Shown: positions 1 to 10,050, numbered from the stretch's first letter. The stretch is 32,750 bases of DNA from an archaeon (GCA_043814055.1 JBDRKL010000011.1:1-32750); one strand, 5' to 3'. Made by a program: numbers and translations. Notes: a model not told the origin generated them from the letters alone.

Positions 1-846
1 CAGCCCCAGACCAAGGAGCACTTGATGGCTCTTGAAATCATAGGGGTAAATAACATTGTAATTGTGCAGACCAAGATTGACGTTGTTTCTGAGGAAAAAG
101 CCATTGCGAATTACAAGGAAATCCAAAAATTCGTCAAGGGCACAATCGCGGAAAAAGCCCCAATCATCCCGATTTCGGGAATGCACGGCACGAATATTGA
201 TGTTCTCATAAAAACCATACAGGACGTGATAAAATCGCCTGAACCTGCAGAAGGGCAAGACCCGCTAATGCTCATTGCGCGCTCATTTGACATAAACAAG
301 CCAGGAACTTTAATACAAAAGCTCAAGGGCGGGGTGGTCGGAGGTGCAATAGTTAAGGGTCAGCTCAAGTCAGGCATTGAAATTGAAATCCGGCCGGGAG
401 TTAATGGCGCTGAGAGCCTAAAAACTAAAATCGCTAGCATAGTCTGCGGCGGCTCTGAAGTTCAATGCGTCCAATGCGGCGGAACCTTTGGAATTGAAAC
501 CACGCTTGACCCTTACTTGACAAAATCAGACAAGCTATCCGGCCGCGTTCTTGGACTGCCTGGAAAACTTCCGCCAGTGCTGAGCCAGCTCAGCCTTGAA
601 GTTCACCTCTTGGAGCGTGTCGTGGGCTCAGAAGATGAGTTAAAAATTGAAAAGCTTGCTAATGGAGAGAACCTTATGCTTAATGTCGGCACTTCAACAA
701 CCCTTGGGACAGTCGCGGCAGGAAAAGGCGTCACTTCCACCTTAAACTTGAAGATGCCTGTGTGCATAAACAAGGGCAGCCGAGTCACAATCGCGCGCCG
801 CTATGGGACCAGATGGCGGCTAATCGGCTACGGCGTTGTGCAGTAA
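1..846 (+). CDS. eif2g: Translation initiation factor 2 subunit gamma (5' end outside window)
   Basis: Frame open from base 1 (QPQTKEHL...). Motifs QTKID, ARSFDINKPG, GGVVGG, RWRLIGYG are typical of aIF2-gamma. Confidence 0.97.
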   Translation, partial: QPQTKEHLMALEIIGVNNIVIVQTKIDVVSEEKAIANYKEIQKFVKGTIAEKAPIIPISGMHGTNIDVLIKTIQDVIKSPEPAEGQDPLMLIARSFDINKPGTLIQKLKGGVVGGAIVKGQLKSGIEIEIRPGVNGAESLKTKIASIVCGGSEVQCVQCGGTFGIETTLDPYLTKSDKLSGRVLGLPGKLPPVLSQLSLEVHLLERVVGSEDELKIEKLANGENLMLNVGTSTTLGTVAAGKGVTSTLNLKMPVCINKGSRVTIARRYGTRWRLIGYGVVQ

Positions 847-877
847 GATTTTTAAACTCTGTCGCTTTATTTCAGCC

Positions 878-1489
878 ATGAACCTAAAACTAGTCACAGC
901 ACTTCTTGTTCTAGTCGTGCTTTTCTCTGGCTGCATTGATTACCAACAATACCTCGGCGGTTCTGAACCTGAGGTCTCTGTAGATGAAAATGGCTCTGCC
1001 GCGCCAGAGGAAGAGCAGAGTGCAAAGGAACTTCTGGATGAACTGCACAAAGAGGCCGGGATAGGCAAGGATGATGTTGTGAAATACCTCCAGGACAACC
1101 CAGTTGCAATGTTTGATGGTCTTGACAGCCGCATAGACTTTGTTGTTGACTCTGGAACAAATGTCTCTCTCAAATACACTGTAAGCACGAACGACCCTGG
1201 CGCTGAATCCATGTATCTCGCTGGCGTGCTCTTCATGGTGTATGATGATGCAATCTATGTTGAAGTCAAGGGTTACAATGCTGAGGGCAAGCACATAACC
1301 GCATCGCACAAGTACCCAACCCGGGACAGCTACAACTTCAACCAGTACCCAACCTGGTTCCCAAACTATGTGTATAACGAGTGCACCGAGAACGAGGACT
1401 GCGACGATAACGACATTTGCACGAACAACATCTGTGCCAATAACCGTTGCTCAAACCCAAGGGTTTTCAAAGAAGGCTGTGAAGTTTAA
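878..1489 (+). CDS. Putative lipoprotein/secreted protein with C-terminal Cys-rich repeat
   Basis: ATG 878 gives MNLKLVTALLVLVVLFSGC (signal plus lipobox-like SGC). C-terminus has CTENEDCDDNDICTNNIC. TTTTTAAA at 849-856 is a plausible TATA box. Confidence 0.8.
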   Translation: MNLKLVTALLVLVVLFSGCIDYQQYLGGSEPEVSVDENGSAAPEEEQSAKELLDELHKEAGIGKDDVVKYLQDNPVAMFDGLDSRIDFVVDSGTNVSLKYTVSTNDPGAESMYLAGVLFMVYDDAIYVEVKGYNAEGKHITASHKYPTRDSYNFNQYPTWFPNYVYNECTENEDCDDNDICTNNICANNRCSNPRVFKEGCEV

Positions 1490-1824
1490 ACTCCGAGGAG
1501 TTTCTTGCGCTCGTACCGCTCAAACGCGAAGTAATTAACAAGTTCAAATCCTACTGCAGTGAACAGCATCAGCAGAGCAATGTTTATGAAAATGCCCGCA
1601 CTGTACGCAGCGATGTTCACGTACAGGAAATAAACGAGCAGGCCAAGGATGTAAACCGTAGTGAGCGCGTTGAATATGTATGCCATCTCAACCTTGTGCA
1701 AAACTCTCCAGCGTTCCTCCTTCTTGATTCCGCGCTGCGGAATCAGTACCCCCCAATAATAATAGTAAATCATTGCGGGAATTCCTCCTGCAAGTTCCAG
1801 TATTACGAAAGTTATGAAATCCAT
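1486..1824 (-). CDS. Hypothetical membrane protein (about 3 TM)
   Basis: 112-aa ORF with three hydrophobic stretches; starts 1 nt after the stop of the upstream minus-strand ORF. Confidence 0.75.
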   Translation of the reverse strand: MDFITFVILELAGGIPAMIYYYYWGVLIPQRGIKKEERWRVLHKVEMAYIFNALTTVYILGLLVYFLYVNIAAYSAGIFINIALLMLFTAVGFELVNYFAFERYERKKLLGV

Positions 1825-1825
1825 T

Positions 1826-2167
1826 TTATCCGTACGAGTTCTTTTGCACTGGCATTGACGGAGTTGCAGTGCTTTTCCTGTTCTTGTTGAACTCCTTGTA
1901 CTCGCTCCAGGTCTTCTCCGCCACCTTGCCCTTGAGTATCTTGGTTATGGTCATCCTAGGGACTGGTGAGTTTGGCACAGTCGGGGTATAATCAACAAGC
2001 ACTACGTTTCCTTCCTTAACTTTTCCCTGCAATGCTGTCTCCACAGAAACCGTAATCAAGTTCTCGTCCCACATCTCAACAAGCGCCTGCTCTGTCTCGT
2101 CAGCACTTTTCACATTCTTGTCTTCAGGAGAGTAAATCTGCAGCACCTTTCCTGGGTGATATTTCAT
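1826..2167 (-). CDS. Hypothetical protein, possible small beta-barrel/OB-like fold
   Basis: 113-aa ORF with normal composition; HPGKVL...VKEGNVVLVDY pattern. Fold is a guess. Confidence 0.75.
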   Translation of the reverse strand: MKYHPGKVLQIYSPEDKNVKSADETEQALVEMWDENLITVSVETALQGKVKEGNVVLVDYTPTVPNSPVPRMTITKILKGKVAEKTWSEYKEFNKNRKSTATPSMPVQKNSYG

Positions 2168-2217
2168 AGAAGGGAGTTATGCAAACTTATATTTAAGTTA
2201 GCCCCTAAGTTTTATTC

Positions 2218-2679
2218 ATGCAAGTGAACAATTTGGTTTTAGACACCAGCGTGCTAATGACGCAGGGCAAGGAATCGCATCGCGACGTGTTTGAAGAGCT
2301 CCAGAAGCTTAGGGGCAGCTACACCGCGCTAGTGCCTAGCTTCGTGATTGATGAATTGGACGGGCTTGCAACTGTAAAACCAGGTCAAAAGCGCGGAGAA
2401 GTTCAAAGAGCAGCGCGCACAGCGCTTGCTATTTTGGATGAATACGCGGTTCACACTGAAGTTGGGAAAACAACAGGGGATTCACCAATTTACAAAGTGG
2501 AAATTATTAAATCCGTCAAGGGTGCAAAAACTGTTGATGTTGCGCTCGTTGAGTTCGCGCAGAAATTCAACGCGGAGATTTGCACAGTGGACAAGGGTTT
2601 GAAAGCGAGCGCGGAGTCCCTTGGTTTGCACGTTCTTTACCTGGGGCAGTATCCTAAAAAAACGCGTCACTGTGAATAA
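2218..2679 (+). CDS. PIN-domain ribonuclease (archaeal Fcf1/Utp24-like)
   Basis: VLDTSVL, VPSFVIDEL, VD..L, TVDKGL acidic PIN motifs; PIN genes commonly follow eif2g in archaea. Confidence 0.85.
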   Translation: MQVNNLVLDTSVLMTQGKESHRDVFEELQKLRGSYTALVPSFVIDELDGLATVKPGQKRGEVQRAARTALAILDEYAVHTEVGKTTGDSPIYKVEIIKSVKGAKTVDVALVEFAQKFNAEICTVDKGLKASAESLGLHVLYLGQYPKKTRHCE

Positions 2680-4100
2680 TTCGGCGCCTCGCCTGTAATC
2701 GTTATGTCATGCGGATGGCTCTCCCGCAATCCGCCTGAAGTTATCTTGATGAACTTGCTCTTCTTTTTCATTTCATTAATGTTCTTTGCGCCGCAGTAGC
2801 CCATTGAGCTCCTCAATCCACCGATGAGCTGGTAAACATTCTCAGAAACTGTGCCGCGGTACGGAACAATTCCCTCAACGCCTTCAGCAACCAGCTTGCC
2901 CGCGGTCTTTACATTGCCCTGCGCATACCTTTCCTTTGAGCCCTGCATCATTGCGCCGATTGACCCCATTCCGCGGTACCTCTTATACTTCCTTCCGCCC
3001 ATTATGACCTCATCTCCTGGAGCTTCATCAGTTCCGCCAAACATGCTTCCTGCCATTACGCAGGATGCGCCCGCAGCAATCGCCTTTGCAATATCCCCTG
3101 AGTATCTTACCCCGCCGTCTGAAATAACTGGGACATCTCCTGCTCCTTCAACTGCATCCAGTATTGCAGTAACTTGCGGAACTCCAACACCTGCAATAAT
3201 TCTGGTTGTGCATATTGAACCAGGGCCAACTCCGACTTTCACAGCGTCCGCGCCAGCAGAAACCAAATCCTTCGCTGCGTCCGCAGTTGCGATGTTTCCT
3301 GCAATAACTGGAAAATCAAATTCTTTCTTTATTGCTTTCACGCCCTCAATAACATTGCTTGAGTGGCCGTGCGCAGTATCAATAACAAGAATGTCAACAC
3401 CTGCGTCAATAAGTGCCTTCGCCCGCTCAGTATCATTGGGTCCAATCGCAGCTCCAACCCTAAGCCTCGCCTCTGAGTCCTTGCACGCGTTCGGGTATTT
3501 CCTTCCCTTTTCAATATCAGTAACAGTAATTAACCCGAGCAGCTTGCCGTTTTCAACAATCGGCAGCTTCTCAATCCTGTTGTCATCAAGCACTTTTCGC
3601 GCCTTTTCCTGCGTGATATTCTTGTCTGCGATTATTAGGTCCTTGGTCATGATATCCTTTATCCTGATTTTTGGGTCATCCTTGAATCTCAAGTCCCTAT
3701 TCGTGACTATGCCAACGAGTTTGCCTCCCAAAATAATCGGGAAGCAGGATATGCCGCGTTCCTCTTGAATCTGAAGCGCTTTTTCAATCGTGTCCTCTGG
3801 CGAAAGCGTGATTGGGTCGCGGACTATGTAGCTCTCAGACTTCTTAACCCTTCTAACCTCATTCACCTGGGCCTCAATGCTAAAGTTCTTGTGAATAATT
3901 CCAAGGCCACCTTCCCGTGCCAAAGCGATAGCAAGCTTAGACTCGGTTACAGTATCCATCGCAGAACTCATAAGTGGGATGTTCAATTCTATATCTTTTG
4001 TAAGCCGTGTCTTCAGCTCAACCTCGTTCGGGAGAACATCAGACTTGGACGGCACTAAAAGTACGTCATCAAAACTAAGGCCAGTTTTTATTGTTTCCAT
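2667..4100 (-). CDS. guaB: IMP dehydrogenase with CBS pair
   Basis: [26 protein letters not shown], catalytic [23 protein letters not shown]. Confidence 0.98.
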   Translation of the reverse strand: METIKTGLSFDDVLLVPSKSDVLPNEVELKTRLTKDIELNIPLMSSAMDTVTESKLAIALAREGGLGIIHKNFSIEAQVNEVRRVKKSESYIVRDPITLSPEDTIEKALQIQEERGISCFPIILGGKLVGIVTNRDLRFKDDPKIRIKDIMTKDLIIADKNITQEKARKVLDDNRIEKLPIVENGKLLGLITVTDIEKGRKYPNACKDSEARLRVGAAIGPNDTERAKALIDAGVDILVIDTAHGHSSNVIEGVKAIKKEFDFPVIAGNIATADAAKDLVSAGADAVKVGVGPGSICTTRIIAGVGVPQVTAILDAVEGAGDVPVISDGGVRYSGDIAKAIAAGASCVMAGSMFGGTDEAPGDEVIMGGRKYKRYRGMGSIGAMMQGSKERYAQGNVKTAGKLVAEGVEGIVPYRGTVSENVYQLIGGLRSSMGYCGAKNINEMKKKSKFIKITSGGLRESHPHDITITGEAPNYSQ

Positions 4101-4216
4101 ATCTTTCTATATACCAAGGTATATAAATGGATTTCGCTGGGCTCAACCTAACGTTTATATACCCATTTGCATTATTAAAACTTACTTCTAAGAATACTTT
4201 CGGGAGGAGATGGCAT

Positions 4217-6193
4217 ATGTTTGATATTACAACAATAAGCGTTGCTTGCAGCGTGTTAGCCCTCATATTCGCGGGCTACTTGGCAGTTAAGGTAAAGCGT
4301 GAGAGCCCAGGCACTCCAAAAATGCAGGAGCTCTCCACGATAATACACGACGGCGCAATTGCGTTCCTAAATAAGGAGTATCAGCCGCTCGTGGTTTTCA
4401 TATTAATTTTCGCTGGAGTAATATATTATTTCATAAATCCAATAATGGCTCTTGCGCTTCTCATAGGCGCTTTCAGCTCAGCGCTCGCCGGCAATATTGG
4501 AATGCGCATCGCGACAAGCGCGAACGCGCGCACTGCGAACGCGGCAAAGAAATCAATACGCGACGGGCTCATGGTGGCATTCTCAAGCGGCGCAGTCATG
4601 GGCTTGTGCGTGGTCGGCCTCGGACTCCTCGGAGTTACCGGGCTTTACATGTACTACGGCGACACCACAATTCTCTTTGGCTTCGGTTGCGGGGCAAGCG
4701 CAATCGCGCTCTTCGCAAGAGTCGGCGGCGGCATCTACACGAAATCAGCTGATGTCGGTGCGGATCTCGTGGGTAAAGTTGAAGCTGGAATCCCAGAGGA
4801 CGATCCAAGAAACCCTGCGGTAATCGCGGACAATGTTGGCGACAATGTTGGCGACGTAGCAGGAATGGGTGCAGACCTCTTTGAAAGTTATGTTGACTCA
4901 ATAATAGCTGCAATGGCGCTTGGTGCAATTGGTGCAGTGGCTGGCGCAGCAGTTACCCCGCTTCTCATAACACTTCCGCTCCTCCTAGCCGCAGTCGGCA
5001 TAATTTCCTCAATACTCGGCACATTAATTGTTCTTAATTTAAAAGGCAAAAACCCTGCAAAACTTTTGAACAATGGAATATTTGCAAGCGCGGGGATAAT
5101 GCTGGTTCTCTCCGGCACATTAATTTGGTTCCTTATGGGTTCATTAAATATTTTCTTCGCGCTCCTCGCCGGGCTCGCGGCTGGAATCATAATCGGCCTT
5201 TCAACTGAATACTACACGTCAGATCACTATGCTCCAACTCAGGGAATTGCGAAAGCCGCGAAGATGGGCTCTGCAACTGTGATAATTGAAGGACTTTCAG
5301 TTGGCATGATAAGCACAATCATCCCGGTTTTCGCAGTCAGCGCGGCGATACTCACGGCTTTCCACTTTGCAGGCCTCTACGGAATCGCAATCGCCGCGGT
5401 CGGCATGCTCTCAACTCTCGGCATAACTCTTGCAACAGACGCTTACGGCCCTGTTGCTGACAACGCAGCAGGAATCGCAGAGATGGCAAAGATGGGTCCT
5501 GCAGTGAGGAAGCGCGCAGAAGCTTTGGACGCAGTAGGCAACACAACCGCTGCAATCGGCAAGGGCTTTGCAATTGGCTCAGCAGCTCTAACCGCGCTCG
5601 CCCTATTCGCAACTTACTCAAGCGTGGTCGGGCTTGAAGCAATAAACCTGATAAATCCAGTCGTTGTTGTCGGTTTGTTCATCGGCGCATTCATGCCTTA
5701 TCTCTTCTCAGCTTTCGCAATGAACGCAGTAGGAAAAGCAGCGATGGAAATGGTTGAGGAAGTGCGCAGGCAATTCAAGCAAATCAAGGGCCTGATGGAG
5801 GGCAAGGCGCAGCCGGACTACAAGCGCTGCATCAACATCAGCACGTCCGCCGCGCTTAAGCAGATGATTTTGCCGAGCATTTTGGCTATAATTTCACCTA
5901 TCTTAGTGGGTGTTGTTTTGGGGCCAGAAGCGCTCGGCGGCATGCTCGCTGGGGTGACTGCTTCCGGTTTCCTAATGGCTGTTATGATGGCTAATTCAGG
6001 CGGCGCATGGGACAATGCAAAGAAATATATAGAGAGCGGGAAACTTGGTGGTAAGGGTTCGGACGCGCATAAGCAGGCAGTAGTGGGAGACACTGTTGGC
6101 GACCCGTTCAAGGACACAGCTGGTCCGTCCCTAAACATATTAATAAAGCTTATGTCCATAATAGCACTGGTATTTGTGCCATTATTCCTATAA
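4217..6193 (+). CDS. hppA: Membrane-bound K+-dependent pyrophosphatase (probably Na+-translocating)
   Basis: [35 protein letters not shown] (Ala form is K+-dependent), [14 protein letters not shown]. Start placed at ATG 4217 after GGGAGGAG (4202-4209). Confidence 0.96.
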   Translation: MFDITTISVACSVLALIFAGYLAVKVKRESPGTPKMQELSTIIHDGAIAFLNKEYQPLVVFILIFAGVIYYFINPIMALALLIGAFSSALAGNIGMRIATSANARTANAAKKSIRDGLMVAFSSGAVMGLCVVGLGLLGVTGLYMYYGDTTILFGFGCGASAIALFARVGGGIYTKSADVGADLVGKVEAGIPEDDPRNPAVIADNVGDNVGDVAGMGADLFESYVDSIIAAMALGAIGAVAGAAVTPLLITLPLLLAAVGIISSILGTLIVLNLKGKNPAKLLNNGIFASAGIMLVLSGTLIWFLMGSLNIFFALLAGLAAGIIIGLSTEYYTSDHYAPTQGIAKAAKMGSATVIIEGLSVGMISTIIPVFAVSAAILTAFHFAGLYGIAIAAVGMLSTLGITLATDAYGPVADNAAGIAEMAKMGPAVRKRAEALDAVGNTTAAIGKGFAIGSAALTALALFATYSSVVGLEAINLINPVVVVGLFIGAFMPYLFSAFAMNAVGKAAMEMVEEVRRQFKQIKGLMEGKAQPDYKRCINISTSAALKQMILPSILAIISPILVGVVLGPEALGGMLAGVTASGFLMAVMMANSGGAWDNAKKYIESGKLGGKGSDAHKQAVVGDTVGDPFKDTAGPSLNILIKLMSIIALVFVPLFL

Positions 6194-6204
6194 GAGGCTA
6201 TAAA

Positions 6205-6810
6205 ATGTATCAAATAGTTGAAATACAAGACACAGTAAGGGTTCCGCCGAGCACGTTTGGCGAAGACTTGGATAAAGCGCTAAAGGCAATACTAGCGGAG
6301 ACATACGAGGGCAAGCTTGACCGGGATGCAGGCGCCATAGTGTCAATCATAGAAGTCAAGACCGACGGAGTCGGCAAGGTAATACCTGGCGACGGCGCCG
6401 CGTACTACAACACGACTTTCAAGGCGCTCGCGTACCAGCCAGAGCTTCAGGAAATAGTTGACGGCGACGTGATTGAAATCGTTGAATTCGGCGCATTCGT
6501 GAGGCTAGGTCCGCTTGACGGTCTAGTACACGTATCGCAAATCACTGATGATTTCCTTAATTACGACGAGAAAGGTCAGAGGTTTGTTGGGAAGGAATCC
6601 AAGAAGACACTTGCGCAGGGCGATTTGGTTCGTGCTCGTGTTGTAACAATCAGCCTGAAGAAAGCCAAGGAGAACAAGATTGGACTCACAATGAGGCAGC
6701 CAGGGCTTGGCAAGTTTGAGTGGATAGCAGACAAGAAAACTGAGACGGTGGGCAAGGCAAAAGAAGAGAAAGAATCCAAGCCAAAGAAAGGCAAGAAGGG
6801 GAAGAAGTAA
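6205..6810 (+). CDS. rpoE1: RNA polymerase subunit E' (Rpo7)
   Basis: DTVRVPP, IPGDGAAY, S1 domain FGAFVRLGPLDGLVHVSQI, KIGLTMRQPGLGK. Confidence 0.97.
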   Translation: MYQIVEIQDTVRVPPSTFGEDLDKALKAILAETYEGKLDRDAGAIVSIIEVKTDGVGKVIPGDGAAYYNTTFKALAYQPELQEIVDGDVIEIVEFGAFVRLGPLDGLVHVSQITDDFLNYDEKGQRFVGKESKKTLAQGDLVRARVVTISLKKAKENKIGLTMRQPGLGKFEWIADKKTETVGKAKEEKESKPKKGKKGKK

Positions 6811-6812
6811 AA

Positions 6813-6942
6813 ATGAGACGCAAAGCAGTAAATTTGTCAAGCAACTTCGCGTTCATTCACAATGAAACTCCAGAGACTGTAAAAAATAATATTGCTGGAG
6901 ATTCATTGTGTTCAAAGCTGATGAAAGCGGTGAGGCTTTGAA
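6813..6942 (+). repeat. Structured intercistronic element copy 1 (hairpins A+C+B); 42-aa mini-ORF 6813-6941
   Basis: ATGAGACGCAAAG...CTTCGCGTTCAT (6813-6856); CACAATGAA/TTCATTGTG with CTCCAG/CTGGAG (6858-6910); TTCAAAGC/GCTTTGAA (6911-6942). Homologous to 9171-9246 and 10047-10108. Confidence 0.9.
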
Positions 6943-7128
6943 ATGGCTGACAAAGCGTGCAAAAAGTGCAACAGAATAACAGACAAGCATATCTGTCCAG
7001 TCTGCGGCAACGAGGATATGTCAAGCAGGTGGAGTGGATTGTTAATTATACTCAACCCAGAGACCTCTGAGGTTGCGAAAAAGCTAGGCATAACACAAAA
7101 AGGAGAATACGCACTCATAGTGCAGTGA
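6943..7128 (+). CDS. spt4: Transcription elongation factor Spt4 (RpoE'')
   Basis: KACKKC...CPVCG, WSGLLIILNPETSEVAKKLGI...GEYAL. Confidence 0.96.
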   Translation: MADKACKKCNRITDKHICPVCGNEDMSSRWSGLLIILNPETSEVAKKLGITQKGEYALIVQ

Positions 7129-7133
7129 TACAA

Positions 7134-7490
7134 ATGAAATTTGAGATTAAAAACCAAAAAGAAAACAAGCTGTTGAACCGGAAGGAACTCCGCATTGAGA
7201 TGACAGCGGAGAAGCAAACCCCTTCCAACGAAGAAGTTTTAGCCCAGGTTACAGCCCACACCGGCGCCAAGAAGGAGCTTGTGGTTATTGACAGCATTAA
7301 ACAAGCATTCGGCTTAACTAAAAGCGTTGCATATGTGAAGGTTTACGATTCTGAAGCTGATTTGAAAGCCGCAGAGCCATCTCCAAAGAAGAAGGCGGAT
7401 GCAAAGCCGTCTAATGTTCCAGACTCAAGTGGAGAGATATGCGTTCAGGTTGATGCGCCGGCTGAGGAAAAGAAAGAAGGTGAAGACTAA
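7134..7490 (+). CDS. rps24e: 30S ribosomal protein S24e with C-terminal extension
   Basis: [14 protein letters not shown]....[11 protein letters not shown] 7134 preferred over GTG 7125. Confidence 0.93.
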   Translation: MKFEIKNQKENKLLNRKELRIEMTAEKQTPSNEEVLAQVTAHTGAKKELVVIDSIKQAFGLTKSVAYVKVYDSEADLKAAEPSPKKKADAKPSNVPDSSGEICVQVDAPAEEKKEGED

Positions 7491-7747
7491 TGGCTGGCAA
7501 AGGCGGCGGAAAGGACAAGAAGAAGCAGTTCAACAAGTATTCTTATTACACGGTTTCAGGGGTCAAGGCAACCACGAGCAAGAAGTTCTGTCCGCGCTGC
7601 GGACCTGGAGTTTTCCTTGCAGACCACAAGTCGCGGGTTTCCTGCGGCAAGTGCGGCTACAGCGAGGTAATGAACGCAGTTAAGAAGGAAGAGCCAAAAG
7701 CTGAAGCGCCTAAAGAGAACGCAAAGCCTGAGGAAACAAAAGAATAA
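7490..7747 (+). CDS. rps27ae: 30S ribosomal protein S27ae
   Basis: [13 protein letters not shown]...CGKCGY zinc ribbon; follows rps24e. Confidence 0.96.
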   Translation: MAGKGGGKDKKKQFNKYSYYTVSGVKATTSKKFCPRCGPGVFLADHKSRVSCGKCGYSEVMNAVKKEEPKAEAPKENAKPEETKE

Positions 7748-8199
7748 TGACCCGCGTCCTTCTAAAAACCAACAAAGGCGACATAAAAATCGAGTTATTT
7801 TCTGACATGCCAATCACTGCTGGCAATTTTGAGAAATTAGTCAAGGAAGGTTTCTACAACGGAGTGATTTTCCACAGAGTTATTGACGGATTCATGCTGC
7901 AGGGCGGCGATCCAACCGGCACAGGCACAGGCGGACCCGGCTACAAGATTAAGGACGAGTTCACAGACCACAATCGCAACGAGCGCGGCACACTTTCAAT
8001 GGCAAACGCAGGTCCTAACACAGGCGGGAGCCAATTTTTCATCAATTTGGTTAACAACGACTTTCTGAATGACAAGCATCCTGTTTTTGGAAAAGTAATT
8101 GAAGGGATGGATGCTGTTGACGCGATAGCAAAAGTCAAGAAAGATTCTAACGATAAGCCGCTTGAGGCTGTAACAATAACTTCAGCAGAAGTTGTTTGA
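7747..8199 (+). CDS. ppiA: Cyclophilin-type peptidyl-prolyl isomerase
   Basis: FHRVIDGFMLQGGDPTGTGTGGPG, LSMANAGPNTGGSQFFI, HPVFGKV. Confidence 0.95.
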   Translation: MTRVLLKTNKGDIKIELFSDMPITAGNFEKLVKEGFYNGVIFHRVIDGFMLQGGDPTGTGTGGPGYKIKDEFTDHNRNERGTLSMANAGPNTGGSQFFINLVNNDFLNDKHPVFGKVIEGMDAVDAIAKVKKDSNDKPLEAVTITSAEVV

Positions 8200-8205
8200 G
8201 CTATT

Positions 8206-8442
8206 TTATTCAGCAGTCAGCTGAACAATCAAGGTTTCATCCGAAAGAACATCAGGATTTTCACGGATTTTATTCATTACTTCAGTATCAAACTTCTCCA
8301 GACTCTCAACATCAGCCCTGACCATAAAGTCATACTTACCCATAACGATTTTAGCGTCCGTAATCCCGTCAATGCTCTTAAGCTCAGCGAGGATTTCTTT
8401 ATCCTTCGCCGGTGTGATTTTTCCAAGTATGTAGATTTCCAT
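8206..8442 (-). CDS. Stand-alone Lrp/AsnC ligand-binding (RAM) domain protein
   Basis: 78 aa, IVMGKYDFMV...IRENPDVLSDETLIV pattern, no HTH; divergent from rpe. Confidence 0.85.
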   Translation of the reverse strand: MEIYILGKITPAKDKEILAELKSIDGITDAKIVMGKYDFMVRADVESLEKFDTEVMNKIRENPDVLSDETLIVQLTAE

Positions 8443-8542
8443 TTCTCCCAGACACTCCTTTTTGATTCAGGTTTATATAAGTTGCGTTCTGCTTCATATT
8501 ATTTATATAATACCTCTGCTTACTTGTTTCTTGGGAGAACGA

Positions 8543-9187
8543 ATGGATTACAAGATTTCACCATCAATATTGTCAGCAGACTTTGCAAAGCTGGGTGAGC
8601 AGATAAAACTCATTGAGCAAGAGGCAGAGCTTCTGCACATTGACGTTATGGACGGCCACTTCGTGCCGAACATAACCATTGGAGTTCCGGTTGTGGAGTC
8701 AATCCGCAAGATAACCAATATGCAGCTCGACGTTCATTTAATGATTGAAAATCCTGAAAATTTTGTTGAAGCTTTTGCAAAGGCCGGCTCAGACATAATC
8801 ACAGTGCATGTTGAAGCTATGAAAGATGGCGCAGTGCTGGACAAAATCAAGAAACTCGGCAAGAAATCCGGAATTGCGATAAACCCAGACACAAAACTTG
8901 ACACAATCGCGCCTTATTTAGAAAAAGTTGACATGGTTACAGTAATGTCCGTGAACCCAGGCTTCGGCGGGCAGGGTTTCATAGATGTTTCTGACAAAAT
9001 CAAGGAGCTTCGCGCAAAATACAGCGGAGACATTGAAGTTGACGGCGGAATAAAGCTGGAAAACATCAAGGAAGTTGCGGATGCAGGCGCGAATGTCTTT
9101 GTTTCAGGCTCCGGCATTTTTAAAACCAACGACCCTGCAGGCACAATAAAAAAGATGAAGGAGATTTTAAATGAGACACAAAGCTAG
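8543..9187 (+). CDS. rpe: Ribulose-phosphate 3-epimerase
   Basis: SPSILSADF, HIDVMDGHFVPN, DVHLMI, MSVNPGFGGQ, IEVDGG. ATG 8543 with TTTATATA at about 8502-8509. Confidence 0.97.
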   Translation: MDYKISPSILSADFAKLGEQIKLIEQEAELLHIDVMDGHFVPNITIGVPVVESIRKITNMQLDVHLMIENPENFVEAFAKAGSDIITVHVEAMKDGAVLDKIKKLGKKSGIAINPDTKLDTIAPYLEKVDMVTVMSVNPGFGGQGFIDVSDKIKELRAKYSGDIEVDGGIKLENIKEVADAGANVFVSGSGIFKTNDPAGTIKKMKEILNETQS

Positions 9188-9246
9188 AAATTTGTTAATC
9201 AGCTTCGTGTTCATTTCAAAGCTGATGAAATGGAGGAAACTTTGAA
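9171..9246 (+). repeat. Structured intercistronic element copy 2 (hairpins A+B); 24-aa mini-ORF 9171-9245
   Basis: ATGAGACACAAAGCT...AGCTTCGTGTTCAT (9171-9214), then TTCAAAG...CTTTGAA (9215-9246) directly before the transketolase ATG. Confidence 0.9.
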
Positions 9247-10050
9247 ATGGATAACTTGAACGAAACTGCAAAAACAATCAGAAAGCACATAATCGAGATG
9301 ACCGGAGCAGCAGGCTGCGGGCATCCAGGCGGCTCGCTATCAGCTACGGACATACTTACTGCGCTATACTTCTCAAAAATGAACATTGACCCAAAGAACC
9401 CTAAAAACCCAGACCGGGACAGGTTCATACTCTCAAAAGGCCACGCAGCTCCAGGGCTCTACGCAACTCTTGCAGAGCGCGGCTTCTTCCCAATTTCAGA
9501 TTTAAAAACCTTGCGAAAGCTTGGTTCGCACTTGCAAGGGCACCCAGTTCTCGGCTCAACACCAGGAGTTGAAGCATCAACTGGCTCGCTCGGGCAGGGG
9601 CTCGGAGTTGGGAACGGAATGGCGCTCGCCGCGAAGCTTGACAAAGCAAACTGGCGCATCTACGTGCTTTTAGGGGATGGGGAATGCCAGGAAGGTAGTG
9701 TTTGGGAAGCTGCAATGGCTGCAGCGCATTATAAATTGGACAATGTTACTGCAATTCTTGATTACAACGGCTTGCAAATTGACGGCTGCACAAAAGACGT
9801 GATGGATTTAGGTCAAATTTCTGAAAAGTGGACAGCTTTCGGCTGGAACGTAATAGAAGTGGACGGCCACAATATTGAAGAACTGCTTAAAGCGCTTGAT
9901 GAAGCTGAAAAAACCAAGGGAAAACCAACAATTTTAATCGCCAAAACCGTTAAGGGCAAAGGAGTTTCATTCATGGAAAACAACCCGAAGTGGCACGGGG
10001 TGACTCCGAATGAGGAAGAAGTGAAAAAGGCGTTGGAGGAGTTGAGATGA
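9247..10050 (+). CDS. tktA: Transketolase, N-terminal (TPP-binding) subunit
   Basis: [30 protein letters not shown]...DYN. Confidence 0.96.
   Translation: MDNLNETAKTIRKHIIEMTGAAGCGHPGGSLSATDILTALYFSKMNIDPKNPKNPDRDRFILSKGHAAPGLYATLAERGFFPISDLKTLRKLGSHLQGHPVLGSTPGVEASTGSLGQGLGVGNGMALAAKLDKANWRIYVLLGDGECQEGSVWEAAMAAAHYKLDNVTAILDYNGLQIDGCTKDVMDLGQISEKWTAFGWNVIEVDGHNIEELLKALDEAEKTKGKPTILIAKTVKGKGVSFMENNPKWHGVTPNEEEVKKALEELR

Noticed and set aside
2851-3768. 305-aa antisense ORF (and similar antisense ORFs over hppA, srp54, glmM and transketolase)
   Set aside because: Shadow frames of well-conserved genes; Ser/Pro/Ile-rich with no recognisable motifs.
4829-4855. 12-bp tandem repeat GACAATGTTGGC
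   Set aside because: Encodes the universal DNVGDNVGD motif of membrane pyrophosphatases.
9215-9246. Hammerhead ribozyme (CTGATGA...GAAAC in hairpin B)
   Set aside because: No stem II, no suitably placed NUH cleavage triplet, and the core is not kept in copies 1 and 3 (CTGGTGA; no downstream GAAAC).
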